A DNA stretch of 63,873 nt, filler included, from Octopus bimaculoides (GCF_001194135.2; 5 parts of 4 records of this genome joined end to end with filler, not necessarily neighbours in it), one strand, 5' to 3'. Counted from the whole stretch's first letter, positions 12,670 through 25,023 are shown. Notes: generated by a model not told the origin, from the sequence alone. Translations and numbers: made by a program.

Positions 12670-15600
12670 ATTAACAAAATTAGAACAAGACCAAAAATTA
12701 ATTCTACAGGCAGTGGCTGAAGAATGCCAGAAGATTATAAGTTTAAGGAATGGTGCGGATAACATTGAAGAAAACGATTGCTCTCAGATACAAGCGTGTC
12801 ATCCTGAAGCAGATAAGAAAAAAGAAAAACGGTCGTTAAGACCAAATCCATGCTATGGGTGCAGAAGTTTACATCTTAAAAGTAATTGTCCTTTTAAAAA
12901 CCATAAATGTTTTGATTGTAGAAAATTCAGACATAAAAGCTCACATTGTATAGTGAAACGAAAAAAAAGGGTCAAACAAAAAAATCTAGAAAGAATGTAT
13001 AGTTAAAAAAAATTCTAAGTGAGGCTCAGAGAAGAAAATTTGTGTCCCAAAAAATGAATAATGTGAATATCAATTTGCAATTGGATACAGGCAGTGATAT
13101 CAAGATAATTAATACAGATACATGGAGAAAAATAGGGAAACCTAGATTAAAGAAAACTTCTAAAATTGCGCAAGGTGTTTCAGGAATAAAACTGCATTTT
13201 ATGGGAAATGATAAGTGATGTTGCATTTCATGGAAAAACTTTGAAAGCCAAAGCTTTTGTGCTGAAAAATACAACAAATTTATTTGGAACAGACTGGATG
13301 GAACTATTTAACTTATGGTACCTCCCTATAAATATATTTGTAAAGATGTGAATGGCTTTTCCGCCAGAACAAATAAGGCATCGGAGGATTTAAAAAAAGA
13401 ATTTGAAAAATTTTTCCTGAAGTTTCTCTGAGAAATTGGATCTTTGCATCAAAACAGAGGTGAATTTTCAAGTGAAGGAAAACGTTATACCAGTATTTAA
13501 ACCTAAACGAACGGTACCTTTTACAGCGTTGAAACAAGTCAACGAAGAATTGGAGAGACTTCAAAAGCTTGGTACTATTGAAAAATTCGATTGCTCAAAA
13601 TGGACGTCCCCAACAGTTTATGTCAAGAAAAAAATAAAGTGCGAGTATGCACTGATTTTCTAATGGGATTAAATGAATATTTGATGCCATATAATTACTC
13701 GTTGCCTTGTCCAGAAAAAAATTTTGTTAAATTGAATGGAAGAAAATTTTTTTAAGTTGGATCTATCTGAAGCATATTTGCAAGAAAACGTCAATGAGAA
13801 ATGTTCAAAACTATTGACAACCCATAAAGGGTTGTACAAATTTAATGAACCCCCCTTTGGTATAAAGGTAGCACCTGGCATTTTCCAACAAGTTATGGAC
13901 ATTATGCACGCAAGTTCGGATTTCGCTGTAGCTTACCTTGACGACATGCTCATAAAAAGTGAACTTCAAGGTCAGCATGCTGAGCATGTTGAAAATGTCT
14001 TCGAAAGAATAAAAGAGTATGGTTTTAAGCTCAGCGAGTAAAACTTTGAAATTTTTATACCAAGAATAAAATATCTAGGGCAGATTATTGATGAAAATGG
14101 ACTCAGACCAGACCCATTTAGGGCGAGTGCAATAAAAAAAATATGCCTTCCCCCAACAAACATTACAATATTACAAGCATTTTGGGGGCTTGCAAATTAC
14201 TACTAGGAATACATGCCGAATATGCACGATTTAAGAGCACTCCTGAATAACTTGTTAAAAAAGACGTCAAGTAGAACTGATCAGACAAATACCAAAAAGC
14301 TTTTGAAGAAATTAAAACCATATTAACATTGGAATTGTCGTTATCACATTTTGAACCAAATTTGAGATAGTACTGCAGATGCTAGTGAAAGTGGAATTGG
14401 AGCTGTGATTTTACACAAGTATGAAGATGGTAACCTGAAAGCAGTAGCTCATACTTTGCGTTCTTTATTGCCGGCTGAGAAAAGCTACAGTCAAATAGAA
14501 AAAGTGGCATTAGCCATCATATTTGCGGTAAAAAAAATTCCATAAATTTATACACAGAAGAAGGTTCCGTCCGCAGACAGACCACCACCCATTATTGTCA
14601 ATCTATGGATCAAAATGGGCATCCTCACTCATACAGCCAACAAATTGCAGCGCTGGGGAACGATCCTACTGAATTAGGACTTCAAGATGGAATACTTACC
14701 ACCGAAAAAATCGGGACATGCAGATGGCTTGTCAAGGTTAATACCAAACTACAGTGAACCACAAGAAGACACAGTGATAGCGGCATTAGAAGCCGAAAAT
14801 GAAATAAAAAATATATTGTGCAATGTTGTGCATGAATTGCCTGTAACATTGGAGGAAATAAAAATTACAGCAGAGATGGATGCGTTTATCATAAAAATGA
14901 AAAAATAGTGAGATCAGAAGAAACAAATAAAAAAAATACATGTGGCTGGACGTAACACAGTTTCGAATTTGTATTTGATATGTGATAATGTGCTTATGTA
15001 TGCACAGATGATCATAATGCCTACCTCATTATAAGGTCAGATGTGAAAGGAATTCTACGCTGAATAATCAGAAATTTCTAGAATGAAGTCGCTTATGAGG
15101 AGTTACGTTTACTGGTCAAAAATGGATCTAGATATCAAGAGGTTAGTAAAATCCTGCAGAGGATCTGCTCTTGCAGTGAAATCACCACATATAAAATTTC
15201 AACCTTGGTCGTAGACCGATATCCCACGGTCCAGACTACACATAGACTTCACAGGACCGTTAAACTAATCATATTATCTAATTGTGGTAGATAGCTTTAC
15301 TAAATGGCCAGAAATGTGTAAATACAGAAAACCGACATCCATGGTAACAGTTGAATTTTTGTCAGGTATAGTGTCCCGGATATCATAGTCTCCAATAACG
15401 GTGCACAATTCACAGCAAAATGAATTTAAGAATTTTTGCAAGATGTACTCAATTGAACATATTACTACTCTCCCGTATCACCCAAGATTTAACGGGCAAG
15501 CGGAAAGGTTAGTGGATACCTTTAAAAGAGCATTAAAGAAATCAAGAAACATGCTAGTCGATGATGCAGCATTTACACAATTCTTGAGGGTTTGTAGGAT

Positions 15601-16321
15601 AAAACTAAACCCAAACACTTTTTCAGGAAAGTTGCCTACGGAACTAATGTTTGCTCAAAAAATAAAATCAAAATTTGACAAGCTGTTACCAGTCAGAAAA
15701 ACAAATAGGGAAAATACTAAAAATAGGACAAAGTTTTTTTAATATCAGTGACAAGGTGTTATTCAAAATATATAAAAATGGAAGACAAGGCTGAGAAGAT
15801 GGAGTAGTAACAAAAAGAATAGGCAAAATGACATATATGATAAGAGGTGAAAAACAGGAACACAAAAGGCATTTAGACCAGCTAAAAAATAGATATAATG
15901 AAAAAAGAAAAGAGATCCCCATGGAAGTGTTCTATGACACCTTTGATGTTCCAATGCCACAAGAAATTGAACCTAGTTGTAGCAGCACAAGAAAGAGGAA
16001 ACAAACAGAACAGTTAGAAGTAGTACTTAAACGGAAGAAATATTAAACTTCCCTCGGAGGAAAATCTCAAAAAGGGAGATGTGATGGGAAAAAAAATAGA
16101 TAAATAAAAATAATATTAACTTCCAACGGAAGTCAATCTCAAAGGGGATCTTGTGGTGAGAGTCATTGACATCCGTAGGGGATTGGAAGAATGGACTAGC
16201 CGAACTCTTATAAGGAGTAGAGGTCGGTAGTAGTCGCGGAGAGAGCGTTTTGGTAGTCTCGCAAAGTACATCGTGTGAACACATTGATTAAACCTCCACT
16301 GCATAATTTATATATCCAACG
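12670..16321 (+). mobile_element. Mag-like gypsy LTR retrotransposon (partial gag, PR, RT, RH, IN, 3' LTR), degraded
   Basis: Twin zinc knuckles CYGCRSLHLKSNC / CFDCRKFRHKSSHC; protease LDTGSD (~13079); RT FKLDLSEAYLQ, YLDDML; RNase H ADASESGIG; integrase HIDFTGP, FNGQAERLVDTFK; PPT aaaagggaga then LTR TGTGATGGG at 16080, ending ~16321. Confidence 0.92.
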
Positions 16322-16339
16322 TAAGTACAAGGATATAAA

Positions 16340-16740
16340 ACAGTTGTTTGACCATAACCAGTTGAACACGTTCCTTAGTGGCTTACAATATGTGCATCTC
16401 TGATCACAAGCAGAAGTAGTGGGGGAGCATCATAGCCATGTCTTAAGAGTTCTTTGAGATTTGAATAATTCACATCTGGAGGCATGGGTATTTTGTTCAT
16501 TATCCTTAAAACAAACTTTATTCAGAGACCTTTTGAGCAGGATGGGCTACTCGACCTGAAGAAAATTCTAACTGAACCCCACCTGCAAGGTCATTCGCTG
16601 TTTATCTTGACATGAGATCACCATGTTATGCACATATGGTTGTAATGCATTGCCTTGTGTACCAGATGGGTAGTCATGATGAGTATATTGGGCTTGATGG
16701 CATGCACTGCTCTCTCACTCAATAATAATAATGATAATAA
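16340..16740 (+). repeat. Unclassified retroposon fragment ending in (AAT)n
   Basis: Non-coding block terminated by aataataataatgataataa at ~16720-16740. Family not assigned. Confidence 0.4.
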
Positions 16741-17199
16741 AAATCTTTTCTTTATTCACCACTAAGGGTTTATATATTTTACAACGTGATTTCTGTATAT
16801 GTCACCTCTGTGATATATACAGTGTGATATATAGTACCATGGAACAGGGTAGACACCAACTGTCTCCTCTTGATGTACTCCCAAATACTCTGCCAAGAAC
16901 TGCAACCAATCCAAAATAACTCTCAATGAACTGTAACAACTTCTCAACAATTTCCAATGACTCCACAAATTCACGAACAACACAGTTCAACTTCCTGCAA
17001 TTTCTCATCTCTCACTCTCAGTCAAACATGCAGCTACTTATACGAGTTTGGCTAGTCCATTTTCAAAGGGAGTGTCATGATTCTTGCCATAACAATATAA
17101 AACACAGCACCAAAAAGAAAAAAAATAGGGTTTAATTGTGTAAAAAGGTAATAACAATAAAAATGATAACAAATAAATCTCCAAAAGAGGGAGGTTTAC

Positions 17200-17530
17200 A
17201 AGGGCTGCTCATGAAAACTCCACAAAAACCATAATTGCCCTGATCTCTAGGGCAAGTGCCCTTTCCACTTCATCTACAATAATCTAGAGGCACGTGCTTT
17301 GACTTTACTAGGGCCATTCACACTACATTTACTCATATCATCATCATCATCATCATTAACATCATCATTTTTTAACAAAATTGCTGGGGAGGTAGCACTT
17401 CACTCTCTACTCTCACTTTCCTTTTCAAGTGAAACTTGAAAAAGTTTATGAGGGCTTGGCCAAAGGGGAAAGTGTCTGTCTTCAGCCCTCATTTTTGCTA
17501 AAGCCATCAGACAAAGAAACACTGCCTGCC
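17200..17530 (-). mobile_element. L1/Tx1-like LINE fragment (ORF1 end / ORF2 start)
   Basis: 17371-17430 aligns by eye with 57691-57750 (end of the ORF1-like region). Minus translation CSVNGPSKVKARASRLL resembles an endonuclease N-terminus (NVNG). Confidence 0.4.
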
Positions 17531-17676
17531 CTTCCGGGCCAAAGGACGGTGGCGGAGCGATCTTCATGATATAGTCAGCTGATAGCTGAATCCGTCTTAC
17601 ACATGACAGCCAGTGTTCGACATAAACTCACAAGTCAGCAATGCTTGGGCACTGGAAGTGGGCATGCAGAAGAGTT

Positions 17677-18673
17677 TGTAAAGAACGACCGTACAAACCA
17701 AAGGAGAATGGCGACGAACAGGAGAAAGGTTCCTTTTCACGTGTCGCACGGTCTCCACAAAACGTGTAATGTGACATAAGAAGGCTCGCATGTGAGATGC
17801 GAGGTAAGTGCCAGCAAATGAATGAGAGTGAGACAACCGTTAGATATCATATAAAGAGTAGGTTTATTAAGGTAGTCAACTGTGTGTCTGTGTGTGCGTG
17901 CATGTGTCATATGTAATACAATACAATATGTAAGACAATATGTAATACAATATGTAAGACAGGCCTTCGTGTACAATAGTATGTATACAATAATGTGTGT
18001 GTGTGTGAATGTGAAATACAGAGCATGGAATGAGTGTCTGTAACATAGACTATAAGAGTCCTGAACACAAAGATAAGAAAGTACCAGTTCATAAAAGAGT
18101 TTCACAGTAGGTAGAATGTCTGTACACTTTAGGTTGTGGCCGAATAGCAGAGCTGTGGTGTCACATGTTGTGAGTGAAGTTGAGCGTCGATGCAGCGACC
18201 GGTCACTTGATACAGAAGATTCTCGCAGGTTGTTCTGGCTGTTATTTTCATGGTGGAAACAATTCACACAAACAGTGTTGAGACGGAACCGCGGTTGCTG
18301 TTGGTAGTGTGTACGCTGGCGACGGGACTGTAGAAGACAGTAGATCGGTGGTGTTGATGTCGCTGGAAACTGGCTGGAGCTGTGTTCTGTGTTTGTCAAA
18401 AGCCGAGACAAACTGGTGTGGATGAAGCAGGGCTATTTATAGATAAAAAAGGGGCTCCAGAAACAACACAAAAACTCTCTCTCACGTGACCTTAACAGAA
18501 GGCTACGATAGGTCGGTATGCACCCTGGCGCGAAACAGAACTGGCAACAAATGCCACGCAAATAAGAGCCAATCAGGGTGATTGACACAACAGGGTCCAA
18601 ACAGCCGAAGGCTAGATGTTAGCCGCTATGTTATCATTTGTAAATAAATACCCGAGAGAGAGATTTCGCTACA
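17677..18673 (-). mobile_element. LTR (~1 kb) in minus orientation
   Basis: TGTA…TACA termini; in minus sense CCAAT-type box 18569-18573, TATA (CTATAAATAG) 18433-18442, AATAAA 17863-17868; purine-rich ggtgtgaggctat immediately 5' on the minus strand. Confidence 0.65.
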
Positions 18674-18805
18674 ATAGCCTCACACCAGTCTGTGTGTCGA
18701 AGACAAAACAGACGACACAGGAAATAATTGTAGTGAAAAAACTGAAAGAACAGTTGATCCTAAAGCTGGCACTAAGTCGCCATTTAAGAGAAACTGCGTC
18801 AACAG

Positions 18806-18826
18806 AATCACGTACGGGGGTCACCA
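18806..18826 (-). promoter_or_regulatory. tRNA-Trp primer-binding site of an LTR element
   Basis: Minus strand TGGTGACCCCCGTACGTGATT, 3 nt after an LTR end (…ACTACA at 18830); matches the complement of the tRNA-Trp 3' end (TGGTGACCCCGACGTGATT) with two extra bases. Confidence 0.8.
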
Positions 18827-19991
18827 GTTTGTAGTGAACGACCGTGCGAACTAGGGCTCGCAAAAAACCGATAATTCCCAAAACCGAGTTTAAGTACAAG
18901 TAATTCTCAAAACCGGTTAAAAACCGGTTTTCGTGGATTTAGAGCAGTGTCCCTGTAATGAAAAAGTTTGTCATATATTGTATTTTATTTATATACATAN
19001 NNNNNNNNNNNNNNNNNNNNNNNNNNNNNNNNNNNNNNNNNNNTTAATTAATTAANNNNNNNNNNNNNNNNNNNNNNNNNNNNNNNNNNNNNNNNNNNNT
19101 AATTTTACCTTAGCTTTTACATGTCTTCTACAAGAAAAAAATTTACTTTTTTAACTTCAGTTTTGCTCTTAATATTTGGCAGTTTGATCGGAATGCCTTG
19201 TTGTTGTGGTTGTAGTTGTTGTTGCTGTTATTATTTACATTGTTGTTCCCATTTTTTGTGCATTTTGTGATTTGATTGCATCCACTTTCACAAAAACCTG
19301 CTTCTCCAGACTGCCACACCCATCCTGATTGTCTTCCTCTTTTTTTCCTTCTTCTTTATTTTTTTTTTGTCTTCAAAAGAAAAAAAAAAGTGAAATACCT
19401 CATAAACAATATTTAACAACACTCAACATAATACATACACATATAGATATATACATATACATTTATATATGTACTCACATATACACATAATATATACACA
19501 CATATGTATGTACATAAATGTGTGTGTTTGTGTGTATGTATGTCTTATTCTAAATTAAGTATTTAGCAATTTAATTAATTATCTTCAACAAAGTACACAG
19601 TTTGACAGCATCTTATGTTCTGGAAAAATACTTTTAAAAAAAATTGTTTATTTATCATTATCATTGTTTTTGCCTTTCATTTCAAAAACTAATAATCTTT
19701 GCATTGAGAAAAATTACTGTCTATTTTATTTAACAAGATTGATATGCTCTCAAAGATGTACTACTATGTTGTATTTATATAGTTTTGATTGATTCTCTTC
19801 TTTTATAATAAATATTTACCTGATTTTTAACCAGTGATGAATACATTAGTTTTAAAAACCGACTCTGTTTCACTGTAATCAACCAATCAATGTATATTTC
19901 ACAGGCTGCCTGTGGGACATGAACTTACTTTTTCTGTAGAAGTTACTTTTACATAATTTAACATCATAAAAGAAATAATAAACACAAATCT

Positions 19992-20212
19992 GTAAGGCAG
20001 CCAGCTGGCAGAATCATTAGAATGTAAAGATAGATGAAATACCGCTAAACATTTTGCCCAGCATGTTGAGTTCAAATTCTGCCAAGGTCGGCTTTGCCTT
20101 TCATCCTTTTGGGATCGATAAAATAAGTACCAGTTGAGTACTGGGGTCAATCTAATCAACTCAGCCCTTCCCCCCCCAAATGGCTCACCTTGTGCCAAAA
20201 TTTGAAACCAAT
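19992..20212 (+). mobile_element. tRNA-derived SINE
   Basis: A-box-like TGGCAGAATC, B-box-like GAGTTCAAATTC, then body ggctttgcctttcatcc…gtaccagttgagtactggggtc. Confidence 0.75.
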
Positions 20213-21176
20213 ATTAAACTGGAAAAGCCACAAATTTCTCATTGTTGCTGATATCAGGGAACTTGGAGCAATGTCCTGACTGAAACCTCATCATTAGGAA
20301 ACCATTAAAGTGTTTATTATTTTATAACTTTGAGGAATTATTATGTTTCACAAAAAATCAGCACATTATTCTGACTCTTTACATTCTGAGTTCTAATTCC
20401 ACCAGGGCCAACTTTCCTAGGGTGGTGGTGGAAAAATGAAGTACTAGTCATGTAGTGAAATTAATATAATCAGTTGTTCTCTTTCCCCAAATTTTAATTC
20501 TTGTGTCTAATAAGAAATTATTATCATTATCATCATCATCCTTTTTTGGTTAATGAAATATCAAAGCCATTTGGTCACTTGAATCAATAATGACTTTCTG
20601 TCAATGTCAGAAATCATTGAGTATGAAAAGCTATAGAGGCAGAACTAGACTAAATGTTGAGTTCATTATGTCTCATTACTTATATTTGCCGAGTTAACTG
20701 TACTTTCAAATTATATAACAGGTTAAATTAAGGAACAGTGGATAATAATAATTTTTTTTTTTAAATCTATATCTTTGTTGCTTGGTTGTAGTTAGCCTCA
20801 ATTGACAGAACTTGATTGACGTCAACACATTCTTTGCTTCGTCCTCATTATCAGTCCTTGGATGTTATTGTCTCAAATCCCAGGACTTATGGGGCCAATT
20901 ACTTGGTTTTCCTGGCATACAAGTGACTGAGATCACAACATTCCCTTTGAATAGGATGCCAGTCCATCACAGAGTTACAGCTGAGTGGACTGGAGCAACA
21001 TGAAATTGTTTTGGCCAAGAACACACTACATTCAGCCCAGTCCAAGAATTGAAACTATGATTGCAAGATTGTGGGTGCAATATCCTAACCACTATGGCTA
21101 CATTATCTGAGTCTCATTTTCAAGGTGGTAGGGTGTGTGTTGAGTGAAAATTTAGCTTCTATCTCTAGCAGGTGGA

Positions 21177-21264
<88 letters not shown>

Positions 21265-21974
21265 GACTTGGTGATCTGTTCCTATCATGTAGCTTCACAT
21301 CAGTCCTGAAATGCAAATTGTTTTTAGGGTTACTACAAATTTTATGAAGGATCAGCTTCATTAGGTGAAATTTGATAAACCAGTGAAATATGAAGGGTTA
21401 ATTAAATCAAATGTGCCTTCCCCCAAAACATCTCTGGCCCAATGCTGATTTATAAGCTAATTATTAGTGTTTTGTGATATATATCAAGTATGTTTACTGC
21501 AAAATGAACGACATCTGATGATACTACACTTGTATGTTAACATCTCGAGTAGTAAAGTAATAGTTAATGTCATATTTATAGCTAGGTAAGCATTTAATTG
21601 AAATAAACATATAGAAAACAAAAAATGCCTGTCATTAGTAAAGATGTATGCAATTGGTTAATATCAATAATTTCAGTTAATAAAAATAAATTCACACATT
21701 TAGTTCTCCTTTTTTTCAAATTATATTCCTTTCTCTCTCTCTCTCTCTCTCTTTCTTTTTGTCCTCCTTTTCCTCTTCCTCTCAGTTGCATTCTTTATGA
21801 ATGATGCTACATATAGAAATTGCAATATATAGATTTGTTTTGTCATTCAACTAACACACCACTTTGTTTTTCATTAGTACTAATTTCATTGTTGTTGAAA
21901 TTTTGGGGGGGTTTTCAGTGTCAGTTTTTATTCTTTTTCCAGTATTTTATCTTATACTTATTTTTATTTTGCAG

Positions 21975-22032
21975 TATGAAAAGAGCAAGCTCCTTGTCAG
22001 TACTCCCCACAAGCAGTAAAGATAAATTAAGT
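21975..22032 (+). CDS. KLC: Kinesin light chain, penultimate coding exon: (x)MKRASSLSVLPTSSKDKLS
   Basis: Acceptor ttattttgcag|T, donor AGT|gtaagg; phase 2 to phase 0. MKRASSL(S/N)(V/F)L matches the conserved C-terminal exon of vertebrate KLC1 (MKRASSLNVL) and KLC2 (MKRASSLNFL). Confidence 0.88.
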
Positions 22033-22338
22033 GTAAGGTTTGACTAATTTTTCTTTGAATTCTTTTAAGTTGCAGAGTCAGCCACACTTTCAGATTGTGT
22101 AGCATGTTTTACTTAATTTTATTTGTTCACTTTATTATTACTTTGTTTTTCTAATTATTCTCATTGGGTATTTTTTAATTGATTTGGAGAAAAAAAAAAC
22201 TAATCAATGGATTTATTGTAAGCACAAAACATTTATGAGACGAATGTATGACTCTCATTTCAGTATGTCAGATTTTAGTTTTGTAGTTGGTTTAGGCTGA
22301 CAATTCTCATGTTCTATATATTCTCCATATTTTGACAG

Positions 22339-22401
22339 CAGGGTGAGAAGTTTTGTATATTTGGATTTCCTTGCGACATATTCCTGACATCAGAATTTTT
22401 G
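22339..22401 (+). CDS. KLC: Candidate alternative KLC exon (63-nt in-frame cassette QGEKFCIFGFPCDIFLTSEFL, or 4-nt microexon CAGG 22339-22342)
   Basis: Branch-point-like CTGAC at 22297-22301, AG-free pyrimidine tract, acceptor gacag at 22338; two donors, gtgaga (22343) and gtaact (22402). No transcript evidence available. Confidence 0.45.
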
Positions 22402-23169
22402 GTAACTCGTCAATAAAATGGTTTAAAAACTAGCAATGCTTTAGTACAAACCCATGCTTGACTTTTAAACTTTTGCTGTAATCAGAACAGACATTTTTTT
22501 GAAATCTAAATAACTCCATGTACAGTATCTTTACTTTTTCTGTTCTTTTATCATTTTAATTCAGCCTGGAAACTTTAGGGTTTTAAGTTATTTCAAGAAT
22601 ATTGAATTCAGTTTGAGAGGATTACTCAACTTTAATTAATTGAAGAAAGCAAAAGAAATTGTAAGGGAGAAATTCAGAAGTTTTTGTTGCTCTCCAGGAA
22701 CCATTTTTATTCACCAGAAGAAATAGGACTGTCTAAAGTACTCTAGAATTCCATCTTGACCAATAAGTTTTTTTAATATGAAAATTCCTGAAACAAAAGA
22801 AAGTGTGAAGGGTGGGAGAGAGTAATGATAATAGAACAAAATCTAACATGAAATACAACAATAATAGAAAGACTATGTAATCTGCTTGAGAGGTTGTTGG
22901 TTGTGTCATCTTGGAAAATTAACAACCACAAAAAGTACCAATCTGACTCAATATTTTTTTTTCAGTTTGTGACAAGACAGGTGGATTCAAGTTAAACCTC
23001 TAGATAGGTCCAAGTGAAAGAGGTCCTCATAATCATAGATCTTTATATGAAGCTTGAATGAGAAGTTTACAGAATGAATTGAATGTTGGAAGTTTTAGCG
23101 AATTTAACAAGGTGCCCCAAGAAAACAAATGTAGTAAAAAATAACCTGTTCTTTGGCAAGACCCACATT

Positions 23170-23400
23170 CATCATCATCATTTAATGTCCATGTTACATG
23201 CTGACATGGGTTGAACAGTTTGACAGGGGCTGGCTAAGCAGAAGACTGCACTAGGCTTCACTGTCTATTTTGGCTGGATGCCCATCCTAACACCAACCAC
23301 CTTACAGAGTGCTTTTTACATGGCTCCAACACTGGCAAGGCCTGATTTGGCAAGGTTTTTACAATTGGATGCCCTTCCAAATGCCAACCACTTTACAGTT
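23170..23400 (-). mobile_element. Old RTE 3' tail copies
   Basis: catcatcatcatttaatgtccatg…ggatgcccatcctaacaccaaccac, with a second partial copy at 23340-23400. Confidence 0.75.
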
Positions 23401-23539
23401 TTTTTTCCTTCTACAAAAACTGACAAATTTCTATATATCAATCAAATATAGCCCCAAGTGTGAATGTAATTTTTTTTAAAGAAAAAACGGAAACAAAGAT
23501 GAAACATTCATATGATAGTGTTGTATACTTCCCATGATA

Positions 23540-23860
23540 CATTACTATAACTAATTGGCACTCTGTCTGTTACAAGTGCTCCAGTTGATTCGATCAATGG
23601 AACAGCTTGCTTGTGAAATTTATGTGCAAGTGGCTGAGCACTCTACAGACATGTGTATCGTTACTGTAGTTTTCAAGGAGATTGAGTATAACACATAACA
23701 AGACTGGCCCTTTGATATACAGATACAACTCACTTTTACCAGCTGAGTGGACTGGAGCAACATGAAATAAAGTATCTTGCTCAAGCACACAACACACTGC
23801 AGGGAATCGAACTCATGACCTTATGATCATGTACCAAATACCTTAACCACTAAGCCATAC
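23540..23860 (-). mobile_element. tRNA-derived SINE
   Basis: Minus strand begins gtaTGGCTTAGTGGttaagg (A box) … GAGTTCGATTCC (B box); body homologous to 60264-60575. Confidence 0.85.
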
Positions 23861-24418
23861 AACAAAAATCCTATGATCAGGTAATCAGTGCCATCAAACA
23901 TGGTCACCACCAGGTTATTCAATTGAATTAGAATTCCAGAGGTAAAGGTCTTGTAGCAACAATGGCTTTGTTTTGGATAAACACTTTACAGAGAAAACAC
24001 ATTATTTGGCTTGCTGCCAAATTTATAGCCAACACTCCATAATTTTTTGAATTGTACTGTCCCTATATTAAGCATTCTCTACTAGCCAATATTTTCATAA
24101 AACAATGATAAATACTAATTACTAAAGTAATTTAACTCTTATACACTGACTTCTTTCACTCAATCCCTCAATGACAATAGGAGCTCTTGTAGGAAATTAT
24201 GTCTGGCCCTTACTCATTCAGCTCATGTGATAACAAGAACGATTCTTATTCTATAAGAGAGAAATATCGATTTGATGCTGATAGTAAAGCACTGCTGATG
24301 GGCTTTTTAAATAATCCTGAAATGAAGTTTCTTTTCTGAATAAAAGATTGAGAATTAACAGATTGTTGAGCAGAATAGATTTTAATGTTGCAGTTTTAAA
24401 TTTACTGTTCATAGGTTA

Positions 24419-24651
24419 TCCCTTTAAATAAAATGTAAGCATTTAAACTGGCCATATCCGGCCAAAATATTCCACCACCTTTACGTTCAAACTGTCCATA
24501 TCTGGTCACTCACATCTGTCCTACAATGTCATTCTAAAAATAAACAGTCATGTCATCAAAATCCCAAAGCTGTGAGTAAATACATTATTAATTCAGAACA
24601 GTGTGAATAAATAAGCATTGCATTTGAGAAATCTGAATGCTAAAGAGCTAA
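24419..24651. mobile_element. Small MITE-like element (piggyBac-type termini, degraded)
   Basis: cccttta…agcattt at the left end and …aatgctaaagagctaa at the right end are degenerate inverted termini; no coding capacity. Confidence 0.4.
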
Positions 24652-24942
24652 ATCAGATTTGAAAGTCAGAAATATATTGAGATGTAGTTTCAGCAGTGCT
24701 TATGCTTGAGTTAGGAAAATTAGAGGCACTGTAGTTACACCTCTAATATGCCAAATTAGTTACTCCTTTCTTTTGTAAACTTCTCATGAAACTACTTGGT
24801 CTTAGCACAAGTATTAAAAAAAATTTCATCTGAACTGTTCTCTCTCTCTCTCTCACCGCCCCCCTTTTTTCCATTTTGCTGTTTTTCCATAAAAATATTA
24901 CTTAAAACTCAAATTTTTCTTTTTTCTGCTTTTTAATTGCAG

Positions 24943-25023
24943 GAAAATCGTCGATCTATAGGCGACCTTAGTATCCGAAGCAGAACTGCAAGTTCAGACC
25001 AATTGTCAAATCGGCCTTTTTGA
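24943..25023 (+). CDS. KLC: Kinesin light chain terminal coding exon: ENRRSIGDLSIRSRTASSDQLSNRPF*
   Basis: Strong acceptor tttttcttttttctgctttttaattgcag|GAA; phase 0 joins exon 21975-22032 in frame; TGA at 25021-25023. Resembles the KLC1 isoform ending ERNNCLADSRALSASHTDLAH. Confidence 0.85.
   Translation, partial: ENRRSIGDLSIRSRTASSDQLSNRPF

Noticed and set aside
19044-19055. ttaattaattaa islands inside N gaps (also ~42021, ~56209, ~61543)
   Set aside because: Identical 12-mer with stops in all frames, always flanked by Ns: a scaffolding spacer, not genomic sequence.
19915-19932. Acceptor tttcacag followed by AACGT* or LPVGHELTFSVEVTFT*
   Set aside because: No recognisable KLC similarity and no supporting signals.
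20792-21003. ORF containing FASSSLSVL, superficially like RASSLSVL
   Set aside because: No donor site, runs into a SINE, and the similarity is a short low-complexity match.
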